Virus record (IMG/VR): IMGVR_UViG_3300048911_000053
DNA: 28,348 nt
Source of the DNA: an uncultured virus (IMG/VR IMGVR_UViG_3300048911_000053)
Taxonomy: Duplodnaviria; Heunggongvirae; Uroviricota; Caudoviricetes
Strand: one strand, 5' to 3'
Below the pieces are notes generated by a model. It was given only the letters and a program-made list of their open reading frames with translations. It ran no database searches and was not told the origin of the DNA. Both the position numbers and the translations under genes were made by a program. This document shows, one piece after another, positions 5,349 through 15,483 of this stretch; positions within the stretch are counted from its first letter, which is position 1; every line of letters starts with the position of its first letter.

Positions 5349-6545
5349 ATGTTTAAACAGAAAGGTGCAGTATCAATTGGGGCAATTATCGGAGTAGTTA
5401 TTGGTCTGGTAATTACATACAGCGCATTCTCATGTTTCGAGAATGTAGACGCTAATGAAATTCTGGTTACTCAGAATGTATTTAGTGGTGAACGTGAAGT
5501 TTACACGCAACCCGGTATGCGTTTTGTTGGATTTAACAAAGTCACGTCATATCAGAAACGAGCTGAATATGTATTCGATGTTATTGACGGTACTGATTAC
5601 GGCAAGAAGCTACAGTTTAATGACGGTGGTCATGGGATTCTCTATGGCAAAGTCCAATGGGAAATGCCTCTTGATAAAGAGTCAATCCTAAAGCTGGATA
5701 CTGCATATCATTCACAGAATGCAATTGCACAGAAAGTGGTTGGCCAAACTCTCGATAGCTCGATCTATCTCTCTGGTCCTCTAATGAGTTCTACAGAGTC
5801 TGCTGCTGAGCGTCGTGGTGAGCTTGTACAGATCATTGATGATCAAGCTGCAAAAGGTATCTATGCAACTCGTGTTGTGGAGAAGACCGTTGTTGATGCC
5901 CTGACAAATGCATCGAAGACTGCCACTGTAACGGAAATCATCCGTGATGCTGCTGGTCTTCCGAAGCGTCAACAAGGTTCGATGATTGAGCAGTATGGTG
6001 TCCACCTTCTTCCAATGAATGTTCGTGCTCTTGATTACGAGGAACGAGTTCAGAAGCAGATTCAGACACGACAAGATGCAATCACCAGTGTACAGACAGC
6101 AATTGCTCAAGCTAAACGTGCTGAACAAGATGCAATTACATCTGCCAAGCAAGGTGAAGCAGATGCTGCTAAAGCAAAATGGGTACAAGAAACCATTAAC
6201 GCTAAAGAGATTGCATTGCAAGAGAAGGATTTGAAAGTCTCTGAGCTGAAAGCTAAACAGGCTGAACAGTATAAGCGTGAGCAGACTTTGATCGGTGAAG
6301 GTAATGCTGCAAAGATGGCTGCTGAGATGCAAGCTAACGGCGCTCTTGATCAGAAGTTGCAAGCTTATGTAGAAGTGAATCGTTTGTGGTCATCTGCATT
6401 CGCTAACTTCAAAGGTTCATTGGTTCCGGCCTACGTCGCTGGTGGTAGTGGCGGTAATGGTGTTAATCAAGTACAAGATTTTATGCAACTTCAGACAATG
6501 AAAGCTGCAAAAGATTTGGGTGTTGATGTTGGTGTTCGAAAGTAA
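5349..6545 (+). CDS. SPFH/band 7 (prohibitin/flotillin-like) membrane protein
   Basis: N-terminal TM helix, VYTQPGMRF, long Ala/Glu/Gln-rich coiled coil (AKRAEQDA...GEADAAKA); GAGG RBS. Confidence 0.8.
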   Translation: MFKQKGAVSIGAIIGVVIGLVITYSAFSCFENVDANEILVTQNVFSGEREVYTQPGMRFVGFNKVTSYQKRAEYVFDVIDGTDYGKKLQFNDGGHGILYGKVQWEMPLDKESILKLDTAYHSQNAIAQKVVGQTLDSSIYLSGPLMSSTESAAERRGELVQIIDDQAAKGIYATRVVEKTVVDALTNASKTATVTEIIRDAAGLPKRQQGSMIEQYGVHLLPMNVRALDYEERVQKQIQTRQDAITSVQTAIAQAKRAEQDAITSAKQGEADAAKAKWVQETINAKEIALQEKDLKVSELKAKQAEQYKREQTLIGEGNAAKMAAEMQANGALDQKLQAYVEVNRLWSSAFANFKGSLVPAYVAGGSGGNGVNQVQDFMQLQTMKAAKDLGVDVGVRK

Positions 6546-6565
6546 GTAGTTGGTTGTGGTGCTTT

Positions 6566-6590
6566 ACGCCTCCTAAATGGGGGCGTTTTT
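6566..6590 (+). terminator. rho-independent terminator
   Basis: ACGCCTCC-TAAAT-GGGGGCGT followed by TTTT. Confidence 0.8.
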
Positions 6591-6605
6591 ATTGAAGGAT
6601 AATAA

Positions 6606-6947
6606 ATGAAATTTGTTAAGGTTAAATCAGAAAAAGAATTAAAACTGAATGGGATCACTATCGATTGCAACATCGTAGATAATGAATTCACACATATAAC
6701 TTTCACTGATAACGAAGGAGATTGCGTAAGTATCTCTATTGCTAGTTACAGCATGAAAGTTTGCAAGAAAGCTCCTCCAGAGATGGTCAAGAAATGGCGC
6801 ATTAATTCGGATATTTCTTATCTTAAAGTGGATGAGTTGTTCGATGAAAAAGATGAAGCATTAGATAAGATTCAGGAAATCACTTCTGCGCTTGGTTATG
6901 CATCTGAAGCTGTCCTCACTGTAGAGCAGGTTGAAGTAGAAGTGTGA
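6606..6947 (+). CDS. hypothetical protein
   Basis: 113-aa ORF, AAGGA RBS, tightly packed with its neighbours. Confidence 0.7.
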   Translation: MKFVKVKSEKELKLNGITIDCNIVDNEFTHITFTDNEGDCVSISIASYSMKVCKKAPPEMVKKWRINSDISYLKVDELFDEKDEALDKIQEITSALGYASEAVLTVEQVEVEV

Positions 6948-7348
6948 ATCCAAAAATAGAAATACGTAGTGGTAAGTTTTATCTTACCGAAGAATATAAA
7001 TACATATTCGATGATGGCAAATATGTAGTGGTTCCAGAAGGGTACGAGACGAACTTTGCAAGCATCCCTTGGTATTTCCGTTGGCTGATTAATCCAATTG
7101 ATCCAGAGATCGTTGTAGCGGCTTTGGTACATGATTGGTTGGTTCAAGAATGGGGTGATACGGACAAGAATATACCCTCCTCAATTTTTACCGATAATGA
7201 ATACGGTGGAGTATATGACATCGTTGACTGGAATCAGGCTGCGGCTGTGCTTCGTGAAATCATGTCGGAATGTAGCGCCCCATTGTGGAAGCGACAATGT
7301 GTTTATTTGGCTGTAAGAATACATGGAATTCTTAAAGGGAAGAAATGA
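6944..7348 (+). CDS. DUF1353-like protein
   Basis: VVVPEGYETNFASIPW and AALVHDWL motifs; GTGA overlap. Confidence 0.75.
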   Translation: MNPKIEIRSGKFYLTEEYKYIFDDGKYVVVPEGYETNFASIPWYFRWLINPIDPEIVVAALVHDWLVQEWGDTDKNIPSSIFTDNEYGGVYDIVDWNQAAAVLREIMSECSAPLWKRQCVYLAVRIHGILKGKK

Positions 7349-7587
7349 AACACTGGACTGAGTACGAATACAACGACAAGGAGTGGGGTGACACGATTAC
7401 TTTCACTCTTGAGTCTTACAATGAATTGATGAATTTTATTATTCAAGAAGCAAACTTACAATTCACCGTATCCCCTGAACAAATCGTTTTGGAAGGTGAA
7501 GGAAAGAATGCAAAACGTAAACTCACTGGTAGATATTTCTACAGTACTCCGAAAGGGGATAAATACTTTCAGCAAATGGTGGCATAA
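7345..7587 (+). CDS. hypothetical protein
   Basis: ATGA overlap, 80 aa. Confidence 0.65.
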   Translation: MKHWTEYEYNDKEWGDTITFTLESYNELMNFIIQEANLQFTVSPEQIVLEGEGKNAKRKLTGRYFYSTPKGDKYFQQMVA

Positions 7588-7808
7588 TGAAAATTGATAT
7601 TCGTGGAGATAGTACTGCTATCGTCAGAATCGTATTTGCTGAAAAAGACGATCCTCAAGGGATGTGTCTTGGTTATGTATTGTCTAAGAATGAACCAGGA
7701 TTCTCCATAAAGGATAGATATGAGGACATATATATCTATGATCTCGAACATGCTGAGAATTTAAAGACAGCTATCGATAAAGCAATCGAACTGGGTTGGG
7801 TTAAATGA
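7587..7808 (+). CDS. hypothetical protein
   Basis: TAATG overlap, 73 aa. Confidence 0.65.
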   Translation: MKIDIRGDSTAIVRIVFAEKDDPQGMCLGYVLSKNEPGFSIKDRYEDIYIYDLEHAENLKTAIDKAIELGWVK

Positions 7809-7817
7809 GGGGGCTGG

Positions 7818-9566
7818 TTGGCAGAGGTAGATCATAAAGAAGGCTGTCCCCGCTGCATTAAAAATGGAAGAGATAACAGTAGAGATAATCTAATTGTCTA
7901 CAAAGATGATGGAGGAGCTTTCTGTTTTTCTTGTGGGTATACAGTAAAAAGCAAATCAATTGAAGATGAAAAAGAGGAGGACTTATTCCTAGAGTCTATG
8001 GCAGTTTTTACAGATGAAGATTTACAGAAGTTAAAAGATAATACAACAACGGACGGCTCTGATTACCGATGTATACGTGATGACATTTACGCATACTTCA
8101 GAGTTAGACACGAATACGACACAGAATCTCTTGACCTTGTTAAGCAGTTTTATCCGAACACGAAAGGCGGCGAGCTGTGTGGGTACAAAGTAAGAGCACT
8201 CCCTAAAGAGTTTTATTCGTTAGGTACAAATAGTTCTACCACTGACTTGTTCGGTCAGTTTCGGTTTCTCAAAACAACATCTAATTGGTGCTTAATCGTC
8301 GGTGGTGAGATTGATCAACTCAGCGCATATCAAATGCTGGTTGACTATCAAGCATCGAGAGGCAGTGACTTTGCTCCAATTGCCGTGGTGAGTCCGACTG
8401 TTGGTGAAACCAGTGCAGCTAAGCAGTTGCAACACCATTATGAATGGTTCAGCCGATTTGAGAAGATTATTCTCTGTTTTGATAACGATGCCCCAGGTAG
8501 GGATGCAACGGAAAAAGCAGTGAAGGTTTTACCTAAAGGTAAAGTATTCATTCTTGAGATGGAAAGAAAAGACCCGAATGAATATCTAGAGTCCGGTAGA
8601 GAAAAAGAATTTATCAATGCATTTTTCAAAGCTCGGCAATATGCTCCAGCGGGGATATTAGGCTCAGATCGGCTACGAGATCGAATCATTGAACACGTAA
8701 GAACACCGAAGATTCCACTTCCGCCATTCCTGAAAAAGCTTATGGAGATGACAGCAGGAGGAATACCTCTTGGTGTAATCGTGAATATAGGCGCAGCGTC
8801 TGGTGTAGGTAAAACATCCATTGTTAATGAGATGACTTATTACTGGATTTTTAATAGTCCACACCGTATCGGGGTTGTTTCGTTAGAGTTGGATGCAGGC
8901 CAGTATGGTGAAGCGATGTTATCTCGTCATGTTGGTGTCAAAATTCCTTTAATTTCTGATCCAGAAAAGAAACTCGCGTTCCTGGAGCGAGAGGATATTT
9001 TTCAGAAGTCGATTGAATTCTTTGAGCATGAAGATGGTAGCCCGCGTTGGCACGTAGTCGATGACAGAGATGGTAGTCTCACAACGATAAAAGCAGTCAT
9101 CGAGAATTTAGTAGTTGCTTGTGATTGTCGTGTAATTATTATCGACCCGCTCCAAGATTTGTTGGATGGCTTGAGCAATGAAGAACAGTCGTTATTTATG
9201 AAGTGGCAAAAGTCCGTAGTTAAGAGTCACGGAATAACTTTCATCAATATCAACCACGTTCGTAAATCAGGCGTTGGTGGGCAGCAGAACTCTCAAGGTG
9301 CTTTTATCACTGAAGAAGATTTCGCGGGGAGTTCTACGATCTTTAAATCAGCAGCAGGTAATTTTCTCTTTATGAGGAATAAGTATGCTGAAGATGAATT
9401 CGAAAGAAATACAGTAAAGTGTGTAGCAAGTAAAATTCGATGGACAGGTAATACAGGTCCAGCGGGTGAGGCTTATTACGACAATCAGACCCATACCCTG
9501 TGGGAGAAAGAAGAGTACATGCGAGAGCACGGTATCGTGCTAGATGATAATGAGAGTAGTAATTGA
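7818..9566 (+). CDS. DNA primase/helicase (T7 gp4-like bifunctional)
   Basis: Zn finger CPRC...CFSC; TOPRIM GGEIDQLS, CFDNDAPG, KDPNEYL; Walker A GAASGVGKTS; SLEL, IIIDPL, INHVRK; TTG start after GAGG. Confidence 0.92.
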   Translation: MAEVDHKEGCPRCIKNGRDNSRDNLIVYKDDGGAFCFSCGYTVKSKSIEDEKEEDLFLESMAVFTDEDLQKLKDNTTTDGSDYRCIRDDIYAYFRVRHEYDTESLDLVKQFYPNTKGGELCGYKVRALPKEFYSLGTNSSTTDLFGQFRFLKTTSNWCLIVGGEIDQLSAYQMLVDYQASRGSDFAPIAVVSPTVGETSAAKQLQHHYEWFSRFEKIILCFDNDAPGRDATEKAVKVLPKGKVFILEMERKDPNEYLESGREKEFINAFFKARQYAPAGILGSDRLRDRIIEHVRTPKIPLPPFLKKLMEMTAGGIPLGVIVNIGAASGVGKTSIVNEMTYYWIFNSPHRIGVVSLELDAGQYGEAMLSRHVGVKIPLISDPEKKLAFLEREDIFQKSIEFFEHEDGSPRWHVVDDRDGSLTTIKAVIENLVVACDCRVIIIDPLQDLLDGLSNEEQSLFMKWQKSVVKSHGITFININHVRKSGVGGQQNSQGAFITEEDFAGSSTIFKSAAGNFLFMRNKYAEDEFERNTVKCVASKIRWTGNTGPAGEAYYDNQTHTLWEKEEYMREHGIVLDDNESSN

Positions 9567-11236
9567 TATCGAGGCAACGGGCCTCCTGAATAGTTCTTCA
9601 ATTGATTATTCAACAATACCGTACAAACTGAAGTCCACTTTTAAAGTTCATTGTATCGTTGTAAAAGATATTGATACGGGAGAGTTTTATAAATTCTACG
9701 AAGAGACTCTAAAGGATTTTCCAGAGTTCTCTGAAAGATTCACTTTAATGATTCTCCACAATGGTATCAGTTATGACTTGAGAGTTCTCCAACTCTATTA
9801 TGGGTTGGACTACAAAATCACAAGTACGGAAGATTGGTTCAACGCTAGAAAAATTACTATCGTTGATACGTTGGTGCTCAGTAAGTTGCTCAACCCTGAT
9901 CGCGGTGGTCACAGCCTAAAGTGGTGGGGAAGTGAGTTAAAGTTCTCAAAAGGAAATATAACAACTGACGAGGACGGCGAAGATATTCCTGATGTTTGGG
10001 AAGAGTTTTCACTCCCTATGCTTGAATATTGCGAACGAGATGTCGAGCTTACTCATAAAGTCTATGATGCGTTAACGGTTGAGGCATTTGGTGCTGATTG
10101 GCGAGAAGCACACAGATTGGAGAAGTTTGTTGCTTACTATATTAATTTGTATTCACATTATGGGTTCAAATTTGATCGTGATTTAGCACTAGATAACCTT
10201 GATGAACTTGATGAGTGGATATCAAAAATTGAGGTGGACGTGGAAAAACGTTTACCAAAATGCAAAATGAATAAAGGAGAATCTGACGTATTTATTCCTC
10301 CCAAGATTCAGTTCAAGAAGAACAAGGAAATGTCAGCAAATATGCTGAAGTTCTTGGAGAAACATGACGGTAAAGTAATAGACAATAAGACTGTAGCTGT
10401 TTTCGGTAAGACATGGGAACTACCTATCCCACAAGAACCGATGGTCACAGAAAAACAAATGACCTTAAAAGACCAAATACAACTGAAGCAGTGGTTGTGT
10501 AGCCTAGGTTGGGTGGCATCGGTTTGGAAGGATAGAGATTTAACATGCAAGAGTGGTACTAAGCAAAAAGTTGATAGGGATAAATTTCTTGAGGCTTATC
10601 AGAAATGGAGAGACAAGATTGTTGATACTCCATATGAATCACTGATTCTTGATGAGCTTGAAGTTGGAAGTATTGCGGAGCTTGACCATAAGATTTCCAC
10701 GCATGAGATTAGAAGACCGTTCAAGGTTCCAACAAATCCCAGTTATGTAAAAAATCAGGAAAAGGATATTTGTGACAACCTACTAGCTCTAGGTGAAAAA
10801 GTTGATTTTGTTTCTGATATCGTCAAGTACCTTACCTATAAACATAGGCGAAGTAGCATCAGTGGAAGTGATGAGGAAAAAGGTTGGCTAAATAATACTA
10901 GGCTAGATGTTGATGGAAGAATACCGACTCCAGCGGATACTGTTGGAACGAATACATACCGCTTTCGACATATTGATGTTTGTAATATCCCAAGGGTTTC
11001 ATCTCTTTACGGAGAGAATATTCGTGGGATGTTTTGTGTAGATAGTCATCAATACCAAATTGGTTACGATGGTAGTGGTTTGGAAGCTCGTGTGCAGGGG
11101 CACTTTATTTTTAATAAACAAGGTGGACCAGAGTTCGCGAAATTACTTCTGCAAAATAAGCCTAATGATATTCACACTGTTACGGCAAGAAATCTAAATA
11201 TTCCTAGAGATATTGCAAAAAATATTCGCTATGCGT
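9544..11236 (+). CDS. polA: family A DNA polymerase, exon 1 (3'-5' exonuclease, motif A, start of motif B)
   Basis: ExoI DIEATG, ExoII HNGISYD, ExoIII YCERDV, motif A GYDGSGLEAR, motif B RDIAKNIRYA interrupted by the intron. Start could be 9544 or 9550. Confidence 0.9.
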
Positions 11237-11940
11237 TGACATTAACAGCGCATATAAAATTGTGTGAACTCAGTGGAACTCTAATCACGTAATGGTGAAG
11301 ACAATACTGAGCCAAGCTAAGTAGTCAATTGCACAGAAATAGGTGTGCAAGATGTATCAAAGTGGTAACAAACAACAAGAGGAAATGACAGCAATACCTT
11401 CTAAGTATCCACAAGGATTCTTTAAAGATAAACCCTGTCGATTATGTGGGACTGTATTTAGTCCATTAGCTCCGTCACATTTATACTGTAAGCAGGAATG
11501 TGCTGATGAAGCTTTTACAAGGAATCACCTCAGGAAGACTTATAATTTATCTCTTGAGCAGTTCCATTACATTTATGAAAAGCAAAATGGGCTTTGTGCA
11601 ATATGTAAGAAGGAGGGCTTCCAATTAAGTACACACCAGAAGTTTAAGATCGTGGTTGACCATTGTCATACAACTGGCGTTGTTCGTGGAATGCTTTGCC
11701 ATAACTGCAATAGAGCACTTGGTCTGTTTCAAGATAATGTTGAAAGTTTAAAAACCGCAATTGATTATTTAGAAGGTGCAACGACTATCCCCATCGGGGA
11801 GTACATTCCAAGCAATCGGGAATGGAAGCGCACAACACGTAATCGAAAGAAGCGTGATGATATAGTCTGCTCTGCATAGAAATATGCAGCAGCTTGAATA
11901 AAGCGGAGAGGGGCGTAGCGACACCTCTTGAACACAAAGG
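11237..11940 (+). mobile_element. group I intron (IA2-like) in the DNA polymerase gene
   Basis: P1 TATGCGTTG/CAGCGCATA with U.G pair at T11236. P10 ACATTA(11239-11244)/TAATGT(11941-11946). P3 TTGTGT/GCACAA. P7 GACTA(11783-11787)/TAGTC(11863-11867) with P7.1 and P7.2 hairpins. Terminal G11940. Splicing restores TAT GCG T|TA ATG TAT GGA = YALMYG. Confidence 0.92.
11343..11879 (+). CDS. intron-encoded endonuclease VII-like (His-Me) homing endonuclease
   Basis: CRLC..C...C N-terminal Zn motif, CAIC, VDHCHTTGVVRGMLCHNCNRALG. Start uncertain (11343, 11352 or 11385). Confidence 0.85.
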   Translation: MCKMYQSGNKQQEEMTAIPSKYPQGFFKDKPCRLCGTVFSPLAPSHLYCKQECADEAFTRNHLRKTYNLSLEQFHYIYEKQNGLCAICKKEGFQLSTHQKFKIVVDHCHTTGVVRGMLCHNCNRALGLFQDNVESLKTAIDYLEGATTIPIGEYIPSNREWKRTTRNRKKRDDIVCSA

Positions 11941-12566
11941 TAATGTATGGAGCAACGTGGGGAAAAATCAAGAAGATGCTTGGTATCAGTGAAACTGCTG
12001 CGCAAAAACTTTTTGATGATTTTTGGAATGATTCCTTACCACTAAAGCAGTTGAAGGAGGAGTACGAGAGATTCTGGCAGGACAAGAATAGAGGTAAAAA
12101 GAAATTCATTTATGGAATTGATGGAAGGCGACTTACAACGCGATCAAAACATAGCTTAATCAACACTCTGTTCCAAAGCACAGGGGTCATCGTGATGAAG
12201 AGAGCCATGATGTTTCATATTGAATGGTTGGAAGTAGAGGGCCTTATTGGTAATCCTTTCAATGAGGACATCAATAACAAACCTTGTGCTTTACAAATGA
12301 TCCATTACCACGATGAAGCTCAATGGGCAGTTCATAGGAGCCTTGTTGAATTTAAGAAGTTTTCTTCTGAAAAAGAAGCAGAAGAGTTTGATGATGGAAG
12401 AATATGGTCTTCGCCAAGTGAATTCAAAGGTTCATGGTGGAGAATGTATTCAAGAGTAGGTGAACTAGCCACGCTTGCAGTTAGGAAGGCGGGAGAGTTT
12501 TATAAATTAAATGTAGCACTGGATAGCGAATATGTTATTGGCTTGAATTGGGCTATGTGTCACTAA
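11941..12566 (+). CDS. polA: family A DNA polymerase, exon 2 (motif B end, motif C)
   Basis: MYGATWGKI, GIDGRRL, NTLFQSTG, motif C YHDE. Joined CDS is 2319 nt, in frame. Confidence 0.9.
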
Positions 12567-12575
12567 GGAAAAACA

Positions 12576-12752
12576 ATGAGAGAAACAAAACTAGAGCAGG
12601 AAACATTCTATCTCGTCCATGAAGGGAGAACACCTGTTGCAATTGAAGCTACACGCAGTGCTGCGCGTTCTGCAAAGAAAACATTGCAAGAACAGTCCTC
12701 AAGTCCGTTGAAGATCATGCAATGCACTGTTTATTCGAAAGAGGTTAGATAA
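12576..12752 (+). CDS. small hypothetical protein (58 aa, not in the ORF track)
   Basis: AAGGA RBS; MRETKLEQETFYLVHEGRTP...YSKEVR*; fills the gap and abuts the next ATG. Confidence 0.65.
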   Translation: MRETKLEQETFYLVHEGRTPVAIEATRSAARSAKKTLQEQSSSPLKIMQCTVYSKEVR

Positions 12753-13022
12753 ATGGCAAAAGCTAAAAAGAAAGTTGATTTTTGTGATCAATATAAAGTA
12801 GGTGATAAGGTCGCAATAGAGGTAGTGATTGCAAGAGTTGATGAGGATGATGCTAATACTACCTACGCAATTGGTAGTGGTGATGATGATTATGATTATG
12901 CATGGATTCGGAATGAACTTTTCGAACAGATAATCGAAAACGCAAACCCATCCCTAAAGGCAGAGCGAATTAAAAATCAAATTAAAGAACTCCAGCAAGT
13001 GCTGGAAGCAATAGGAGTATAA
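12753..13022 (+). CDS. hypothetical protein
   Basis: GAGG RBS, 89 aa. Confidence 0.7.
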   Translation: MAKAKKKVDFCDQYKVGDKVAIEVVIARVDEDDANTTYAIGSGDDDYDYAWIRNELFEQIIENANPSLKAERIKNQIKELQQVLEAIGV

Positions 13023-13031
13023 GTAAGTAGT

Positions 13032-13976
13032 ATGGCATTTAAACCAAAATCAAATGGAAATGGTGGTAATTATTCAGGTGTTGCACGTAATTTCCCAGTA
13101 CCAAAAGCAGGCAACCGCCCTGCAAGAGTAAGTCTGATTGTTGATCTCGGTATTCAAACTCGTGAGGATTTTGAAGACCCTGTTACTAAACAAACTAAAC
13201 CACAGAAACCAGCACATCAAATTGCGATCTTTGCGGATTTGACAAGTGATGTTGTGGACTATGGTGGAGATATTGGTAAACAACCTTACCGCCTAATGTT
13301 GAATCGATCTTTCAAAGGCGTATTGGAAGGTACTAATTTTAATGCAGTACAACCTCGTGATGCAGAGGGTAACGCTATCACAGGTAAGAAGTGGACCTAT
13401 CATCCACAGAGTCTTCTGACGAAATTAGCAAAAGCAACTGGTATCGATGCAATCCTAAATCCGAAAACGGATGATGATCTGGATATTGAGCAATTACTTG
13501 GTAAAGCTTTAATGATCGGCGTTGATGTTAATGAAAAAGATTCCGGTAAGAAAGATGATGCCGGTAAGCCGATCGTTTATCGCAATGTAAATGCAACCGG
13601 TTATTCGTCTGTACCGTTCTTTGAAGATGTTGATGGTAATGAAGTTCAAGCGACAGTGAAGCCTTTAGCTATTGAGCCGTTGGTGATTACTTTCGATAAC
13701 GTCACTGCGGAGACTGTTAAGTTTATTCGAGCTGATGTACGCCGTAAGATTCAATTAGCTACGAATTATGAAGGTAGTCAGATGCAGAAAGTATTGGCTC
13801 AAGTTGCTGGTAATCAAGCAAGCAATGAGAAGCAAGAAGGTGCTGATGCTGGTGGTCAACAAGACCCTGCAAAAGAACCAGAAGCTCCAGCGAAGCCGGC
13901 ACCGAAGCGTCAACGTAGTAAACCTGCTGAGCAAGAGTCAGTAGGTAACTCTGAAGACAATGAACTTCCTTTCTAA
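13032..13976 (+). CDS. putative single-stranded DNA-binding / replication protein
   Basis: Lies between polymerase and exonuclease; disordered acidic tail ending EDNELPF, an SSB-type C-terminus. Confidence 0.6.
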   Translation: MAFKPKSNGNGGNYSGVARNFPVPKAGNRPARVSLIVDLGIQTREDFEDPVTKQTKPQKPAHQIAIFADLTSDVVDYGGDIGKQPYRLMLNRSFKGVLEGTNFNAVQPRDAEGNAITGKKWTYHPQSLLTKLAKATGIDAILNPKTDDDLDIEQLLGKALMIGVDVNEKDSGKKDDAGKPIVYRNVNATGYSSVPFFEDVDGNEVQATVKPLAIEPLVITFDNVTAETVKFIRADVRRKIQLATNYEGSQMQKVLAQVAGNQASNEKQEGADAGGQQDPAKEPEAPAKPAPKRQRSKPAEQESVGNSEDNELPF

Positions 13977-14189
13977 ATGTTTATGAGGGTGAAAGCCCTC
14001 TTTATGAGTGAAGAGTTTGTGAAAGTATTTGGTAGTTTGTTGGTAATAATTGGAATATTACTGTTCAGTGTTTCATTCTCAGGCATTTACATTTCATTGA
14101 TGGCATCACTTGGTGTTATTACGTGGGTAAAACTGCTTTGTGGAGCGATCATAGCACTTGTTGTAGGTGGTTTGATTTCTGAATGGTAA
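13977..14189 (+). CDS. small membrane protein
   Basis: Two hydrophobic helices; true start may be the later ATG (MSEEF). Confidence 0.6.
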   Translation: MFMRVKALFMSEEFVKVFGSLLVIIGILLFSVSFSGIYISLMASLGVITWVKLLCGAIIALVVGGLISEW

Positions 14190-15184
14190 CGGCAGTAATT
14201 GATGCCGATCTTATCTTATACAAAGCGGCAAGCGCCGGAGAACAACGGGTAATTGAAGTTACACATAAAGCTTCAGGAAGAAAACAAGAATTCGCAAACA
14301 GGACTGCATTTAAACAGTTCCTCACTGAGAAGCCTAAGTTTACGCTTGAAGATTTCGAGATCGTAGATATTCAACGTCCACCATCGGTAGACGTGTGCTA
14401 TTCAAATGCAAAATCAATGATCGAAAGTATGTGCGAAGTTGTTGGCGCTACAAAGTATGAGCTTTACGTTGGCAAAGGAGATTCATTTAGAAAGAGTTTT
14501 GATCTGCCAACACAATATAAAAACGGGCGCAATAAAATGCTGAAGCCTGTCCACTTGAATGACGTGAAACAATATCTCATACACAGTTACGGAGCTAAAC
14601 AAGTCGAAGTCATTGAGGCTGACGATATGCTTAGTATTCGTGCCTACGAGGGATATTTGGAATTCAGAGAATCGGGTAAGGATGAGGATAAAGTTGTACA
14701 GATAACATCAGACAAAGATGCTAAGCAATGTCAGGGGTGGTTATACAACCATGATACGTCAACGCAAGCTATTTGGATTGAAGGTTACGGCAGTTTATGG
14801 CGCGAAGAAAAAGGAAAAGTAAATGGGAATGGCCGAGCTTGGCTCTATTTTCAGTCTTTGGCTGGTGATCCAGTGGATACCTACAAGCCTTCTGAATTGT
14901 CAGGTACAAAGTTTGGAGATGTATCTGCGTTCGAAGCTCTCAAAGATTGCAAAGATGATCGCGATGCGCTGAAGGTTCTAGCAACACAATATAAAACTTG
15001 GTATCCAGAACCTGTCACCTACATGACATGGGATGGGAGAGAGGTCACTAAAGATTACATTGAGTTAGTTGATATGTATTTCAATACAGCCCGCATGTGG
15101 CGATGGATGGATGATAAGGTGAATCTCAAAGATGTGTTTAAAACACATGGGATTATTTCTATGAGAGATGCAGGGAAGAAATGA
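14183..15184 (+). CDS. 5'-3' exonuclease (T7 gp6 / flap endonuclease-like)
   Basis: IDADLILY, FRK..., YKNGR, EADD, SDKD, GDPVD motifs. Confidence 0.88.
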   Translation: MVTAVIDADLILYKAASAGEQRVIEVTHKASGRKQEFANRTAFKQFLTEKPKFTLEDFEIVDIQRPPSVDVCYSNAKSMIESMCEVVGATKYELYVGKGDSFRKSFDLPTQYKNGRNKMLKPVHLNDVKQYLIHSYGAKQVEVIEADDMLSIRAYEGYLEFRESGKDEDKVVQITSDKDAKQCQGWLYNHDTSTQAIWIEGYGSLWREEKGKVNGNGRAWLYFQSLAGDPVDTYKPSELSGTKFGDVSAFEALKDCKDDRDALKVLATQYKTWYPEPVTYMTWDGREVTKDYIELVDMYFNTARMWRWMDDKVNLKDVFKTHGIISMRDAGKK

Positions 15185-15483
15185 TGAGGATTACTGTTTT
15201 ATATGTGATACCACAACAGACCTTCTTTGATGATGCTGTCCAGCTACTTCGTAAAAGAGAGGGCACAGTTAAAGTCAGTAAAATGTATAACGAAGTTATC
15301 TCTGATATGTATAGATATAAAGTCGTTGCTATTCGCACAATGGCTGATGCACATAACATCGCGGGATTAGAATTACAGGGCGTTATGTTCCATGAGATGT
15401 GCCTGCTAGGTGGAAATATACTTAATTACATCATGAGTAGGATTCGGTATCCAAACAAACTGAAATTGAATGGTGATGCATGA
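15181..15483 (+). CDS. hypothetical protein
   Basis: ATGA overlaps at both ends. Confidence 0.6.
   Translation: MMRITVLYVIPQQTFFDDAVQLLRKREGTVKVSKMYNEVISDMYRYKVVAIRTMADAHNIAGLELQGVMFHEMCLLGGNILNYIMSRIRYPNKLKLNGDA

Noticed and set aside
5781..6362. 193-aa minus-strand ORF and similar antisense or nested ORFs (e.g. 531-797, 3091-3360, 8438-8821, 11765-12109, 25393-25824)
   Set aside because: Shadow ORFs opposite well-supported genes or RNAs, with no motifs and against the local transcription direction
6745..6753. Partial TACAGCA match
   Set aside because: Inside a CDS and lacks TTTG-N6, the following AA and the closing helix
11237..11940. Split polymerase genes, intein or frameshifted pseudogene
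   Set aside because: An in-frame stop at 11290-11292 rules out an intein, and the group I core elements with precise restoration of motif B explain the break
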